Made by a program: the position numbers and the translations under genes. From Lytechinus pictus (Eukaryota): a stretch of DNA of 64,000 nt. The notes beneath the pieces were generated by a model. The model was not told the origin of the DNA. It saw only the letters and a list, made by a program, of their open reading frames with translations, and made no database searches. The DNA lies in assembly GCF_037042905.1 (NCBI RefSeq), contig NC_087250.1, forward strand, positions 12,650,001 to 12,714,000. Reading direction: 5' to 3'. Position 1 is the first letter of the stretch, and every line of letters starts with the position of its first letter. This document shows positions 1 to 12,632 of this stretch, piece after piece.

Positions 1-237
1 AGTGGGGATGTGACATCATCAGCCTACCTAATGAATATTCATGACGACTATTTTCACAAAATATTGCTGAATTTTAAACTTCAATAACTTTATTATTTGT
101 TATCCGATTTTGATGAAATTTTCGGCATTTTGCTTAGTAAATTCTACTCTATTTAATAGGCTATAAATACTTTCAGCCCGGACCATCCCTTTAAGGATGG
201 GGAGGGGGGGGGGGATTTATGCATCCTGAAAGACCAG

Positions 238-516
238 GGCCCCGTCTTACAAAGAGTTACGATTTATCCGATTGACCACTATGGAAAGCCAGTAATGTTA
301 ACATCTGTTATGCGTGACATTTTCGTTCTAAATATTTTCTAGAAATGATGTACATTTACACATTCATTCTTTTCCGGAGAATTTAGTGTGCTTCTCTTTG
401 TTCACAATGCAGGCCTACATTGTGCAAATTTTCTGAAGAAAAAACATATGAAATTGATGGATTTGAATATACTTGACATTGATTGGATCAATCGTAACTC
501 TTTGTATGACGGGGCT
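238..516. mobile_element. Harbinger-like MITE with CWG TSD; second copy at 22055-22324
   Basis: cag-GGCCCCGTCTTACAAAGAGTTACGAT...ATCGTAACTCTTTGTATGACGGGGCT-cag; the second copy is flanked by ctg. Confidence 0.8.
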
Positions 517-1011
517 CAGTAATACATTCAGGGCCTTGGGGTCCTGGTTTCAATTCGACAAGCCCCCCCCCAAAAAAAAAGGGGGAGGGTCGCTACAAAA
601 TGACGGTGATTTTGGTCTAGGACAAGCCCCCCCCCCCCCCCCCAGGGGGAAAAAAAAAATATATATATATATACAGCATTATTTCAAAAAAAAATAAAAA
701 GGTTTCACTACAAACTGTAGGTCATTTTCGTTACAAATCTGCTATTTAGCATAGGCCTATCTACCATATTTCCAGGGGTGCTGCCTAATGGAGAATAACA
801 CACGCAGCATGCACCCCCCCCCCCCCTCCCGCCACCGGTAGCAAAATCCGTTTCCCATGCAAGGCAATGAATCCATAATGATTGGAATACAACGTTTTAT
901 TTGTTTCTTTTAACAAAAAATCGACTTCATGGCAATTACCAATGAAAATTACATGTGAAGTAAATTAAATGACAATGTTAACCAATATATATACATTATA
1001 TATATATAATA

Positions 1012-2460
1012 AGACCGTCTTATTCTACTGCCACTTGTCTAACTGAGATACAGACTTTTTGTATGATAAAATGGACCGAAAACATGTTACTGGTGGTATT
1101 TTCTTGGACTTACGCAAAGCTTTTGATGTTATTCCTCACAATTTTATACTTGCAAAACTTAAGTACTATGGTATTACTGGCAATGAATACAACTGGATGG
1201 AATCGTATTTAACAGACAGAAGGCAATTTGTAATGATTAACAGTTGTCGCAGTGAATTTTTGAAGATAAAATCAGGTGTCCCACAAGGATCTATACTGGG
1301 TCCATTGATATTTCGTATTTTTATTAGTGACATGTGTAATTTGAAATTGCATGTACATTCTAAAATGTCTCTTTATGCTGATGATACCACCATTTTTAAT
1401 CACGGTGAATCAATTAAGGAGGTACAAAAGTATTTGCAAGATGATTTTGATTCAATAAGTAAATGGCTAGACTTAAATATTATGCATTTACACCCGCAAA
1501 AAACAAAAGCCATGGTATTTGGTCAAAAGAAAAAGTTGAGGGGTGCTCATTTGTCAGTGAAATTCAGGAACATACAATTAGAAAATGTAAAAAAGATTAA
1601 ATACTTAGGTGTCATGCTCGATCCGGGCTTGACTTGGTGCGAACATATTACTAATATCGTTTGTAAAATATCTCGGGCAATAGGTTGTGTAAGGCGGATT
1701 AAGCACTTACTGGCCTTTGGTATTATGAAGAAGCTGTACTTTTCTATTATTTTACCTTACATTGATTACTGTATTACATCTTGGGGAAGCAGTGCAAAAA
1801 TACATTTAGATAAGATACAAAAACTTCAAAATAAATATGCCAGAATGCTTTTGAAAAAAGATTATAATACATCACAAATTTCTTTGTTGCAGTCACTGAA
1901 GTGGCAATCAGTAGATCAGCGTATAAAATATCAGTATTGTGTTCTTGTATATAAAATAATGAATGATTTAGTTCCAAATTATTTAAAACCTTTAGTATGT
2001 AAACGGCCCGTGAAATACAGGACACGGTATTCTTTACGATGCCCCCTTCAGCTTCCCAAAGCTAGAATTGATCATAAAAGAAAATCTTTCGCATATGTCG
2101 GACCCAAATTATTTAATGCACTTCCTTCAAATTTACAAGTTTGTACCTCATTGTTAGTTTTAAAAAAAATATGCAAAGCCTTTCATACGAATTGATAAAG
2201 AGCGAAATGATATTCCATTGATTTACAATGCTATGTATGTTTAAATTGTCACTTCCCACTCTATATTTTGGTGTTAATTGTTTCTGATGTTAGATATTTT
2301 GTATTTTGTATTTTTGATGTTGTTTGTTGTTGTTGTTCATAGTTATCTTGACATGTATTTTAAACTGCAGGGCGCCTTTGTAAAGCAGTTTTAAGAACTG
2401 AACAGGCCTACCCTGCAGTATAAAATAAATAAAACAAAATAAATAAATAAATAAATAAAT
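1012..2460 (+). mobile_element. 5'-truncated CR1/L2-group LINE (RT and C-terminal domain, 3' UTR, (AAAT)n tail)
   Basis: ORF 1059..2195 has FLDLRKAFD, GVPQGSILGP, YADD and KYLGV. A 3' stem-loop lies near 2368-2415, then an (AAAT)n tail; flanked by (TA)n. Confidence 0.93.
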
Positions 2461-2494
2461 ATATATATTGATTGATTGATTGATTGATTGATAA

Positions 2495-2530
<36 letters not shown>

Positions 2531-2629
2531 GGCATTTACTAAAACCATTTGTGATTATTTATTCCATATGCCGAAGCAGACTATTTAAGTAATAAACGCA
2601 CCTAGCTCGTACCTGATTATTCACTTGAC

Positions 2630-2748
2630 GAATGAATGAATCAATAAATTCAATCAATCAATCAAATCAAATCAGATCAAATCAATCAATCAATCAATCA
2701 ATCATCAATCAACCAACCAACCAATCAATCAACCAATCAATCAAATCA

Positions 2749-2785
<37 letters not shown>

Positions 2786-2810
2786 TCAATCAATCATCAA
2801 TGAAACAATC
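2630..2810. repeat. Degenerate (ATCA)n microsatellite
   Basis: Visible tetranucleotide repeat; it explains the NQSI pseudo-ORFs. Confidence 0.92.
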
Positions 2811-3154
2811 ATTTGGCTGATGCCAAATTCTTAAATTTCTCTTGTCATGTTTCTACTGTATTTGCCATTTTTTATATGCCATGTTTGTTATTATCTTGCC
2901 TGGAAATAAAATAAATGAATAAAAATAAACAAAAGAAATTATTGGAAACGCCATAAAACCCAAAACAATGAACATAGTATGACGGTGCCGATAAGGCAAA
3001 ATGTCAATGAGCTATCAAAAATAGAAACAGGGCCTCTTGGTAATCTATATCAAGCCAAAAATTACATAAGGAACAGTAAACTTTCGTAAATTTGCACAGA
3101 CTCTACCAAACTATCAAAATATGCTATCACGAGCTATCAAATTAACGGTCACAT

Positions 3155-3457
3155 TCATAGAAAATAATACAATGCTAAACATAATATAATAATACTAAGG
3201 ACCAAGAACAATAGAAAATATAAAAGCCTAATAAATACATTATACATGAATTGTAAAAGGATGCTAAGAAATATTACCACTAAGCTTATCAATATCATCA
3301 ATTCATACTTCTGCTTGTTACAAAAATCACCGGAGCAGCAGATACTTAGATTCAAAGATTTCCCCTTGATTGCGAAATACTTTTGACAATCTGATGTAGT
3401 TGCACAACCCCGGTGAATGGTAGCTTCCATCTTCTGGGCGTCAAATGTTCTTGTTAC
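3155..3457 (-). CDS. Ly6/uPAR gene B, coding exon 3: VTRTFDAQKMEATIHRGCATTSDCQKYFAIKGKSLNLSICCSGDFCN plus a long hydrophobic tail
   Basis: Acceptor tgtgtatacag|GTA in frame with ORF 3155..3523. Has the RGC and CCSGDFCN motifs; TGA at 3155-3157. Confidence 0.88.
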   Translation of the reverse strand, partial: VTRTFDAQKMEATIHRGCATTSDCQKYFAIKGKSLNLSICCSGDFCNKQKYELMILISLVVIFLSILLQFMYNVFIRLLYFLLFLVLSIIILCLALYYFL

Positions 3458-4649
3458 CTGTATACACAACAATAAATTATACAAAGTAGTCAAGTACTCT
3501 AAGGGAGGGGGGGGGGGTGTCAATTTATTTTTGTTTCTTTATTCTCGAGACCGAACACTTTACTTTTGAGTAATGCATGATTATTATCAATATTATCATT
3601 GTCATTGTTATTATTGTTATCTATTGTTATAATTATCAGGATGTTGAATAAGTACTTACAAAAAACACAATTCATATTATATTAAAACACTATTTTCATT
3701 GACCGTAAATGAACTTTGACCTTGATCATGTGGCCTGAGACTCGTGCAAAACAATAAGTGAGACTTGTTTACCCTTATGTCCTCGTGTCATGAACTAGAT
3801 CCATAAACTTTCAAAGTTACGATGGCAATTCAACAATATATACCCCCAACATTTTCAAAGTTTATTGACGTTGCAAAGTTCATTGACCTTGAATTACCTC
3901 TGACCTTGGTCATGTGACCTGAAACTCATGCAAGATATTCAATGATACCTATGTATCATACTTAAGTATCATATTCAATGCTACTTACTCTTATTATGTC
4001 TACTTTTCATGAACTCGTTCAATAAACTTGCAGGGTTATGATAGCAATTCAACAAATACTCCCAACATGACCAAAGTTCGTTGACCCTAAATGACCTTTA
4101 ACCTTGGTCATGTGACCCGAAACTCAGCCAGGATGTTCAGTGATACACCATTATCCTTATTATGTCCAGGTTTACTGAACTAGATCCATAAACTTTCAAC
4201 GTTATATATGATAACATTAAAAAAACTTAACCTTGGTTATATAAGATTTCGATGTTGATTGCCCCAACATGGTCTAAGTCCATTGACGCTAAACGACCTT
4301 TGACATTAGTCATGTGACCTGAAACTCAGGCAAGATGTTTAATTAGCAATACTTAATTATCCTTTTGTCCAAGATTCATAATCTAGGTCAATGATGACAT
4401 TTCAAAAATTTAACCTTCGTTAAGATTTGATGTTGACGACGCCGACGCCGCCGCCGCCGTCGGAAGCGGCACCTATATAGTCTCGCTCTGCTATCAGGTG
4501 AGACAATTATACCAAATGGTAAGAAACGACAAAAGGTGTGGAACTTTGTGTGCGCTTGATATTGGGGTACTTTTAAGTGTTTCCGGTGGCCTAAAAAAAA
4601 AGTGTGTTATTGCTCTATCCATTCTTTTTTCAATATCGATAGAGATCCA

Positions 4650-6490
4650 AGGACTTGTTTTTTTTTTCAAACCAATCACTTGTACCGAGATAATCGATAT
4701 TGTGGCAAACATAAAAAGTGATTGCAGTCCTGGGTATGATGATATAAGTATCAAGGTTATAAAGAAATCAATACATATTTTATGTCAACCCCTTTGTGCA
4801 ATATTCAATCAATGTTTAGAGCTCGGTATATTTCCTGATGAATTAAAGATTGCTCGTGTTGTTCCTGTATATAAAAACGGTCCGAGTGAAAATGTTTCAA
4901 ATTACAGACCAATATCAGTCTTGCCAATTTTTTCAAAGATTTTAGAAAAGTGTATATATAATAGATTATTTGATTTTATTAACAAGTGCAATATATTATC
5001 TCTACATCAATACAGTTTTCGTGCTGGTCATTCAACTTCTTCGGCTCTTATTGATTTTGTCCATACTGTTACCAACGCTCTTGATAATAAGAAATATTTG
5101 ATAGCAATGTTTTTAGATTTGAAGAAGGCTTTCGATACAGTTGATCACGCTATTTTATTGAACAAACTAGAATTGTATGGCATAAGAGGTAATGTACTTA
5201 AATTATTTAAAAGTTATCTATCCAACAGAAAACAATATGTTGAAATATCCAAATGCAAATCAAAGCTTAAGATTATCTCATGTGGGGTTCCTCAGAGTTC
5301 TATTATAGGACCGCTGTTGTTTCTCCTTTTTATTAATGATCTTAGTAAAGTATCCAACTTGTTACATTGTATTATGTTTGTTGACGACACTAGTCTGTTT
5401 TTATCTCACACAAACAATTCAATTATTCAATTTCTGAACTTGAATTAATATCTGAGTGGTTTTATGCAAACAAAATGATAATTAATCTTGCCAAAACCAA
5501 TTATATGATTTTTAGTAATTTATTTTTTATAGATAGATAGATAGTCTTTTAATTAGAATGTGCAATACAGATATTAAGTGTGTATCGTCAGTAAATTTTT
5601 TAGGAATAACAATAGATAATAAGTTTACATAGAAAAATCATATTGATAATCTGTACAATAAGCTTGCCAAAAATATAGGAATAATGTATAGATTAAGATC
5701 ATTTCCCAAGGAGATTTTAAAACTGATGTATTATGCCATTGTATATCCATACCTCAATTATGGTATTCTAGCCTGGGGAAGTGCAAGTAGCATTCACATT
5801 TATAGATTATATATTTTACAAAAACGTGCAATAAGAATTATGTTTCATGCTCCTTACCTTGCCCATACGAATCCTCTATTTGTTGAATTGAATGTATTAA
5901 AATCTTATGATATTCATGCATTTCAAATTCTTATATTTATGTATTTATGTAACAATAACCTCTTGCCAGATTATATCAAAACATTCTTTAAGTTCAATAG
6001 TGATTTCCATGGATACAACACAAGAAATGCAAAGGATTTTCATCTACCTAAGCCAAGACTCTCATCTTTTAAAAACTCAATTTCATTTCAAGGACCACAA
6101 CTCTGGAATTATGTTTCTGTAGATATCAAGCAATCAGTTTCGTTAAATGTTGTTATGTCAAAATCAAGGCAATTTATTTTAAATAGTTATTCATAAAGTT
6201 TGTTTGTATAAATTTTATTCAGGCATTATAGGCACCCCCCCCCCCTTTACGTTGTAGTTTAGTGACTTTGTTTTTCTATCTTTGTTATTGAAGTCTTTGT
6301 ATAATTATTATGTTATAGGGTCAGCTAATCACAAGGCTTGTTCCTTTCTTGCTGCCCCTCTCATATTCAATCCAATGTGTATTTCTATTTGTTGTTGTTG
6401 TTTTTCTATTTTGTTAATACGATGCTTTGTATATGTAGTGTTTTTTGTATTGATTTTTATAACCAAATAAATTGAAATTGAATTGAATGA
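4650..6490 (+). mobile_element. Degenerate 5'-truncated CR1/L2-group LINE in gene B intron
   Basis: NYRPISVLP, FLDLKKAFDTVDH, GVPQSSIIGP and FVDD (catalytic motif altered). Frameshifts and stops lie between ORFs 4498..5448 and 5684..6196; (ATTGA)n-like tail at ~6470-6490. Confidence 0.93.
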
Positions 6491-6496
6491 ACTCAC

Positions 6497-6624
6497 CCGA
6501 CAGCCAAACGCACAATGCACATGTACCCCTGTCTCGGAGCAGACCTCATCCATACTGGTCATCACTTCATGTGTAATGGAATGAGTGCAATGGTAGCAGT
6601 AGTCAGCTTTTACAAGTGCTCCAG
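6497..6624 (-). CDS. Ly6/uPAR gene B, coding exon 2: (A)GALVKADYCYHCTHSITHEVMTSMDEVCSETGVHVHCAFGCR
   Basis: Acceptor ttttgtttag|CT and donor CGG|GTGAGT; 128 nt, phase 1 to 0. Has CYxC and five Cys, with the same layout as gene A exon 2. Confidence 0.9.
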
Positions 6625-6992
6625 CTAAACAAAATATATTTCGAAAAAGAGGAAATAAATGATGATTTAACATCATTAATATAATGACAACAGTTTACAC
6701 AAAATATGTGGTCAAGAGACATCATTTTTGTTGGTTAATTGGGTAAACCGACACCACTTAAATGATGTGTAAATTTTACACCATGTTGTGTACATTATTT
6801 ATTGATAACATGTCTTCTCTCCTATGTTTTACTGAACAAAATGATTTGCCTGATAAATTAAAGACAAATATTCATGCGTGCATGCTCTAACTAATTATAG
6901 TGGGTCAATTTCCCCTTATCGCTCTTAAGATTGAGAGTCCGTAGAGGTTCATGTATTGCGAGTTTCAATTCATAAATCATCAGTAATTATGC

Positions 6993-7266
6993 GGGCGCGT
7001 CGTGGTCTAGTGGTTCTGACTTTCGCCTTTCAAACCAAGGGTCGTGGGTTCGAATCCTGGCCATGGCGTGTTTTCCTTCAGCAAGAAATTTATCCGTACT
7101 GTGCTGCACTCGACCCAGGTGAGGTAAATGGGTACCCAGCAGGATTAATACCTTGCATGCACTGAGCGCCGGTGATGGTAGCTCGAGCTAAAGCCGGGGT
7201 AATATGATAAAGCAGCGCTTTGTATCCTCGGGAAAAAAACGCTTTATGAATCCAGCTATTATTAAT
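6993..7266 (+). mobile_element. tRNA-derived SINE; family copies at 26899-27198, 58914-59221 and a related one at 45819-46160
   Basis: Pol III A box (TGGTCTAGTGG) and B box (GGTTCGAATCC), conserved core gcaagaaatttat...cactcgacccaggtgag..aatgggtacc, and a (TAT)n tail. Confidence 0.9.
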
Positions 7267-7502
7267 ATTGAGTAAATTAGAGTGTAGCCATTGCCTGTAC
7301 ATGCGGGTCTGTACAGTGAAAAAAAAACCCAAAATAATAAAATGCATATTAAACAGGTGTGCACCTGTAATCCAAAAGGTGCATTGGGAGAAGTTACAAA
7401 TTGATGCAGAGGTTTCGAGCCCTGCATGATCGAGGAGTGTTTCATAAAAGGAATGTCGGATGGTTTATCCGACAAGTCCCGTTTAGCCTGCCCTACAGTT
7501 AA

Positions 7503-8111
7503 AGGATGGTCCGGGCTGAAAATGTTTATATCTAAATAAATAGAGTAAAATTTCGTCTAAATCGAATAAATTATTGATAAACTTAAAAATTTCATTCGAT
7601 TTAGATGAAATTTTCAGCATTTTGCTCCGTGAATTTTACTCTATTTATTTAGATATAAACATTTTCAGCCCGGACCATCCTCCGGGCTGAATGGTCCGGG
7701 CCTTTTTCTTATGTTATTACATGACATCATAAGTGTTTCATTTTTTCATACATGTGTAAATGATGTGTCTCCGTTATTATGAAATAAGTTGCGGCAGTAA
7801 ATAACCAATTCACTTAATCAATTGTCAATCCAATTGTTTTAGTTCTTGGAAGAAAATTTTTAATAAACATAATTTCATATACTAGTACATGTAATAAAAT
7901 ACAAAAGAACAAGTGGGGATATGACATCATCAGCCCATCTAATGAATATTCATAACGACATGCCTAGAACTGTTTCACCGGAATAATGCAAATCTTTAAA
8001 ATTAAATAACTTCGTTATTTGTTATCCGATTTTGATCAAATTTTCAGCATTTTGCTTTGTGAATTTACTATATTTATTGAGATATAAATATCTTCAGCCT
8101 GGACCACCCCT
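7503..8111. mobile_element. TTAA-flanked AGG...CCT MITE (Kolobok/CryptonA-like); relatives at 1-190, 36990-37851, 46750-47252, 55072-58225 and split across 25440-35110
   Basis: TTAA-AGGATGGTCCGGGCTGAA...TTCAGCCTGGACCACCCCT-TTAA; shared motif agtggggatgtgacatcatcagcc. Confidence 0.82.
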
Positions 8112-8114
8112 TTA

Positions 8115-8346
8115 AGCCAGGGTTACACCAAAACTGAATTCTCCCGAATAAAAGACTGATTCTAGCCGAATTCGGATTGTTTCGGTGGATTCGAATGTTC
8201 CCGACTCCTTCCTGAATTTTCTCGCATTCGCGGAGGGAGAACAGAATACTCCCGAAAGTACCCAAATACGTGTATTCGGGTGGATTCGCAGCTGATTCGG
8301 TTCCGGTTTAACCAAGGGGATATCTCCCTGGTTTAACTCGGGCTTT
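8115..8346. mobile_element. Short Harbinger-like MITE
   Basis: AGCCAGGGTTACACCA...TGGTTTAACTCGGGCT imperfect TIR with internal cgaat/attcg repeats. Confidence 0.6.
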
Positions 8347-9219
8347 AGCAAAGTAAAAGTGCTTCTCAGCCCGAGGAGAGATGTAAGATCTGAGGAGAGA
8401 TGTCAGATCTGACAACTTTTCAGACGAAAATGTTGGTCTTGTCTCTCTCGATGGTTGCATTGAATTTACCCTATAGAGTAAATGGTCACGATTGATAATA
8501 ATACACGTCAGAAAAAAATCAATTACGCACGCACAAAGTTCATGTTCTCAGCGATGTTCATAATTGGGATAACTATACAAAATATGGATTAATTTTAATC
8601 CTCGTTCTAATCTCTCACAAAAATTAGTGACATTTTCACATTCCACTCCACTGAGTAAGCTAAATATTCCGACAAACGTTCCTCTCAATTGAACATTTTT
8701 GAAAAATTCATTCCCATTCAAAATGAGGTCACAGCTGGAAGTGTTTTGGGTTTTTCCAAGACTAAAAAAAATCATCACCTTCACACATGTTGATTCTTTT
8801 TTCTAATGTTTGTCAAAACAAATGAAGCATTAGTTTTTGACCCGCGGCAATAAATTCTTTCTACAGAGCTTACTAAATTTTATCAATATTTTGATTATTT
8901 CCATTTGTTTATGATTTTTTTCTTGCATACATTACTTTATAGTAGATTTAATATAGAGTCCATGTAGAAACTATTCAACAAAAGCATGCGGTATATACAA
9001 ACTCCTGAGTAAAAAAATTATCTCAATTAATAAATAAATGGAAAATATAGAATATGAATATTAAGAAAACATATAAAATATAAATATTGAAAATATACTG
9101 TATATAAAAAATCCGGATAACCAACAAATTTCCTATTCTCGTTATTTTAATTAAACCACTTAACAAATATTTTTGTTTTCATATTCAATTTTCATAATAA
9201 GCCGATAGCTACAATTTAA

Positions 9220-9814
9220 AGGGGAATCCAACCCAAATAAAAACTTGTTTTTATAAGAAAGAGAAAAATCAGACAAGTTGTTAGGTGAAAGTTTGAACAA
9301 TATTGGACAAACAACAAGAAAGTTATGAATTTTTAAAAGTTGTAAATATTGGTGATCACTATACCCATGGAGACTTCAAATTGGCCGCATATGGGATGTC
9401 ATAGTGATGTAAGGCAAGGACTACTCTTCTATGTACTCCAATACATATTATGGCTAAAATGTCATTTTTCCCAAAAGTTTTATTTCAAATTGTATTTTTC
9501 TTTCATGAGGACATAAAACAATATACTACCTGGGTTATATTTAGATTACTGCCCCAGGGGAATGGGTACTTAGGAGAAAACCACAAATCCCTGATAATAA
9601 AGTACATGGCCTATGGGAAAGTTGTCCTTGCCCCTTGTCATAATTTACTTACCCAGTTGCCAATTTGAAATCTACATACTATTAGTGATCTCAATTTTAA
9701 AGCAGCTATAACTTTCTTATTGCTTGTCCGATTTCTTTCAAACTTTCACCATTCTGTTTAATTTATTTTTTTCCTTCCCAACACAACATTTTATGGCCAA
9801 GGCTGGATTCCCCT
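9220..9814. mobile_element. TTAA-flanked MITE (AGGGGAATCCA family)
   Basis: TTAA-AGGGGAATCCAACC...GGCTGGATTCCCCT-TTAA. Confidence 0.85.
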
Positions 9815-9923
9815 TTAAGGAATAAAATGTTTAGACGGATACTTAAGATTTTCAGCAGGGTATTTGAACATTAAAGGCCCTGACTAATCCAATATTTTTA
9901 ATAGACATAATTATAGGTCTTAC

Positions 9924-9984
9924 CAAAAGTGAAAATCGCTGCACAAATATAACTCACAATCCGCATCATCGATGTGAACTCCAT
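9924..9984 (-). CDS. Ly6/uPAR gene B, coding exon 1: signal peptide MEFTSMMRIVSYICAAIFTF
   Basis: ATG GAG TTC ... ACT TTT G|GTAAGA, 61 nt, phase-1 donor compatible with the exon at 6497-6624. A candidate upstream acceptor tttcag lies at 10033-10038. Confidence 0.8.
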
Positions 9985-10411
9985 TGCTGAATTTAAGAGA
10001 TTAGGCAGTCAGAATCATCTATAGGCTTCAATCTGAAATTTAATATTATAATTACAAACATTTATTTGTGAAAAAAAATAGTAAGCTATATTGTATAAAT
10101 GGTACAAGTCCTGTGGTATACTCTCCGACCTATAGATCCCAATTTTTGTAAAGCAGATTTTAAAAAAATTATTATATACATCACTGCCCCCTTTAAAAAT
10201 CCTTGATACGCCCCTGGTAGTAATAGGGAGAGTTGTAGTAGGAGAGTAGAAGTAGTTAGTTAGAAGTAGTAGTAGTAGTAGTAGTAGTCTTAGTAGTAGT
10301 AGTGTATAGCAGTAGGAATAGTAGTAGTAGATCTACTAGTAGAAGTAGTAATGTAGTAACAGCAGTAGTAGTAGTAGTATTAATATAAGTAGTAGCAGTA
10401 GTAGTAGTAGT

Positions 10412-11595
10412 CAGTGGCGTACCGTGGGTCACGGCATTGGGGGGGCACCAGCAAAAAAATCGAGTCACTTAGGGAGCGCGCGAAGCGCGCTCAGTTGCCA
10501 GGTATACTGACCTAATAGAGACATTTTAAGGACAAGCAGTGCCATTAAACAGATATGTATCTCACTGATTAGACAATGCGAGCGCGAAGCACGAGCTGAA
10601 AATTTTTGATATTCAGACCTAAAAAAGGACATTATAAGCAAGTTTTTTGTAATCATGATCCGTCTCGCTAAACAAAAAAATGCGATTCGCGAAGCGCGAG
10701 CTGAAATTTTTGTATACATTGACCCAAACAGGGACATTTTAAGGACTATATTTTAGGAATCCATTTAGAGTATAAATATCTCAGCATAGTCATCTAATGC
10801 TAGTGCAATCCTTTGCTGATTTTGTTAGAATTACATCTAAACACATGAAGCACTTTTTGTAGTCATTGGAATCATGATTATCATACGCATCTCACTAATC
10901 AAATACTGCGAGCGCGAAGCGCGAGCTGAAATTTTTTTGTAATTCACACCTGAAGAGGGGCATTCTAAGGCTTGTTTGTAGGAATTCACAAAGACCTTAC
11001 GTATTTCACTAACCAAATGATGCGAGTGCGAAGCGCGAGCTGAAAATTTTTGATATTCAGATCAGAAAAATTGACATTTTAAGGACAGATTTTATGAATT
11101 TATGAAGAGCAGACATCTCACCAATCAACTAATGCGAACGTTAGCACGGACAGGAAATGTTTTAAATTAAACCTTAAAATAGGGCAATCACTTTAATTAG
11201 TCATGAAAAAGAAGCAAATGTCACTACATAAAACAATAATAACTCGAATTGCGAGGAAATATATTTGGTGTATATTGTTTTGAAAACGGGAGGTTTTAGT
11301 ACAACAGGATCATATATCCCGTTAAACAGTCTATGCGAGCACCAGGAACAATGAAGACATAGGCCCTTAGCAAATAATGTTTCATAACGTTATGAAAAAA
11401 TGCTTCTCATGTAATATAACATAACATAATATAATATAACATTTCAATGAACAAGTACATGTATTTCTTCTTTCCCCACTACTTTTCTCTTCCTTTCTCC
11501 CTCTTTTTCTCCTTTTCCCCGTTTTTTTGTTGTTTTTTTGGCCAGCCGATTGGGGGGGCACGTGCCCCCCATGCCCCCCCGTAGTTACGCCACTG
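10412..11595 (+). mobile_element. hAT-like MITE (CAGTGGCGTA family), copy 1
   Basis: TIR CAGTGGCGTA...TACGCCACTG, flanked by gtagtagt; internal GCGAGCGCGAAGCGCGAG repeats. Confidence 0.88.
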
Positions 11596-11821
11596 GTAGT
11601 AGTATTAGTAGTAATAAGAGTAATGGTAGTAGTAGTAGTAGTAGTAGTAGTAGAAGAGGAAGAGGAAGTAGTAGCATATTAGTAGTGGTAGCACGAGTAG
11701 TGGTAAAGTAGAAGTAGTAGCATCGCAGTATATATGCTCTCGTCGTATTAGCAGTCTGGGCCTAGCAGTATAACATACATAGTCATGATAGTTACTACTA
11801 ATACTAGTACTTGTACAACTA

Positions 11822-11890
<69 letters not shown>

Positions 11891-11902
11891 CACTACTACT
11901 AC

Positions 11903-12237
11903 CAGTGGCGTACCTAGGATTTTCCACAGGGGGGGCAAAATCGTCCGCCAAAAATTTGACAAGCAAAAAAAAAAAAAAAAGGTCTTCAAGTTCAATCACA
12001 AAACAAAGGATTTCGTATTAAAAAAAATTGACAAGCAAAAAAAAAAAGAAAAAAAAAAGGTCTTCAAGCTCGTCAGGGGGGCAATAAAGGTCTTCAAGCT
12101 CGTCAGGGGGGGGCAAAAAAGGTCTTTCAAGCTCGTCAGGGGGGCAGGGATACGTCCTTTGCATTGGTTGTGGCTCGTCAGGCCAGGGGGGGCAGACTGC
12201 CCCCCTGCCCCCCCCCCCCCCCGTAGGTACGCTACTA
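11903..12237. mobile_element. Short CAGTGGCGTA-type MITE within (TAC)n
   Basis: CAGTGGCGTACCTA...TAGGTACGCTACTA with internal aaggtcttcaagctcgtcagggggg repeats. Confidence 0.75.
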
Positions 12238-12632
12238 CTATCACTACTACCACTACTACTTCCACTACTATACTACCACTATACTACTACTACTACTAGA
12301 TCTACATATACTATACTTCTACTACTATACTACTAATACTACTACTACTACTATACTTCTACGTACTACTACACTACTACTACTACTACTACTACTACTA
12401 GTACTACTACTACTATACTACTACTACTACTTCTACTGCTACTAGCTACTACTACTTGCTCTACTTGTACTACTACTACAACTATAGTGTCGCGATTTTA
12501 TACCTTCTGTAATATACCATGCATTAACAATGACCCAGTCAAAGTATGATAATCAGACCAGTTGCGTTTGGCAAATGTACAGCTCAGTTTTAACACTAAC
12601 AGCATAAAATGAAAAACATGATGTATACTTGC

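Larger units (their letters stand above)
10217..12485. repeat. Opposed (GTA)n and (TAC)n microsatellite tracts
   Basis: GTA-rich tracts at 10217-10411 and 11596-11720; TAC-rich tracts at 11790-11902 and 12238-12485. Confidence 0.9.

Noticed and set aside
1059..2195. Retron, DGR or group II intron reverse transcriptase
   Set aside because: The motifs, C-terminal domain, 3' microsatellite tail and 5' truncation are those of CR1/L2-group LINEs.
6993..7075. tRNA genes (also 26899, 45819, 58914 and 63145-63218)
   Set aside because: Acceptor stems are imperfect and each continues into a SINE body and tail.
11748..12299. Poly-Thr, poly-Leu and poly-Ser ORFs
   Set aside because: They are translations of (TAC)n microsatellite and MITE sequence.
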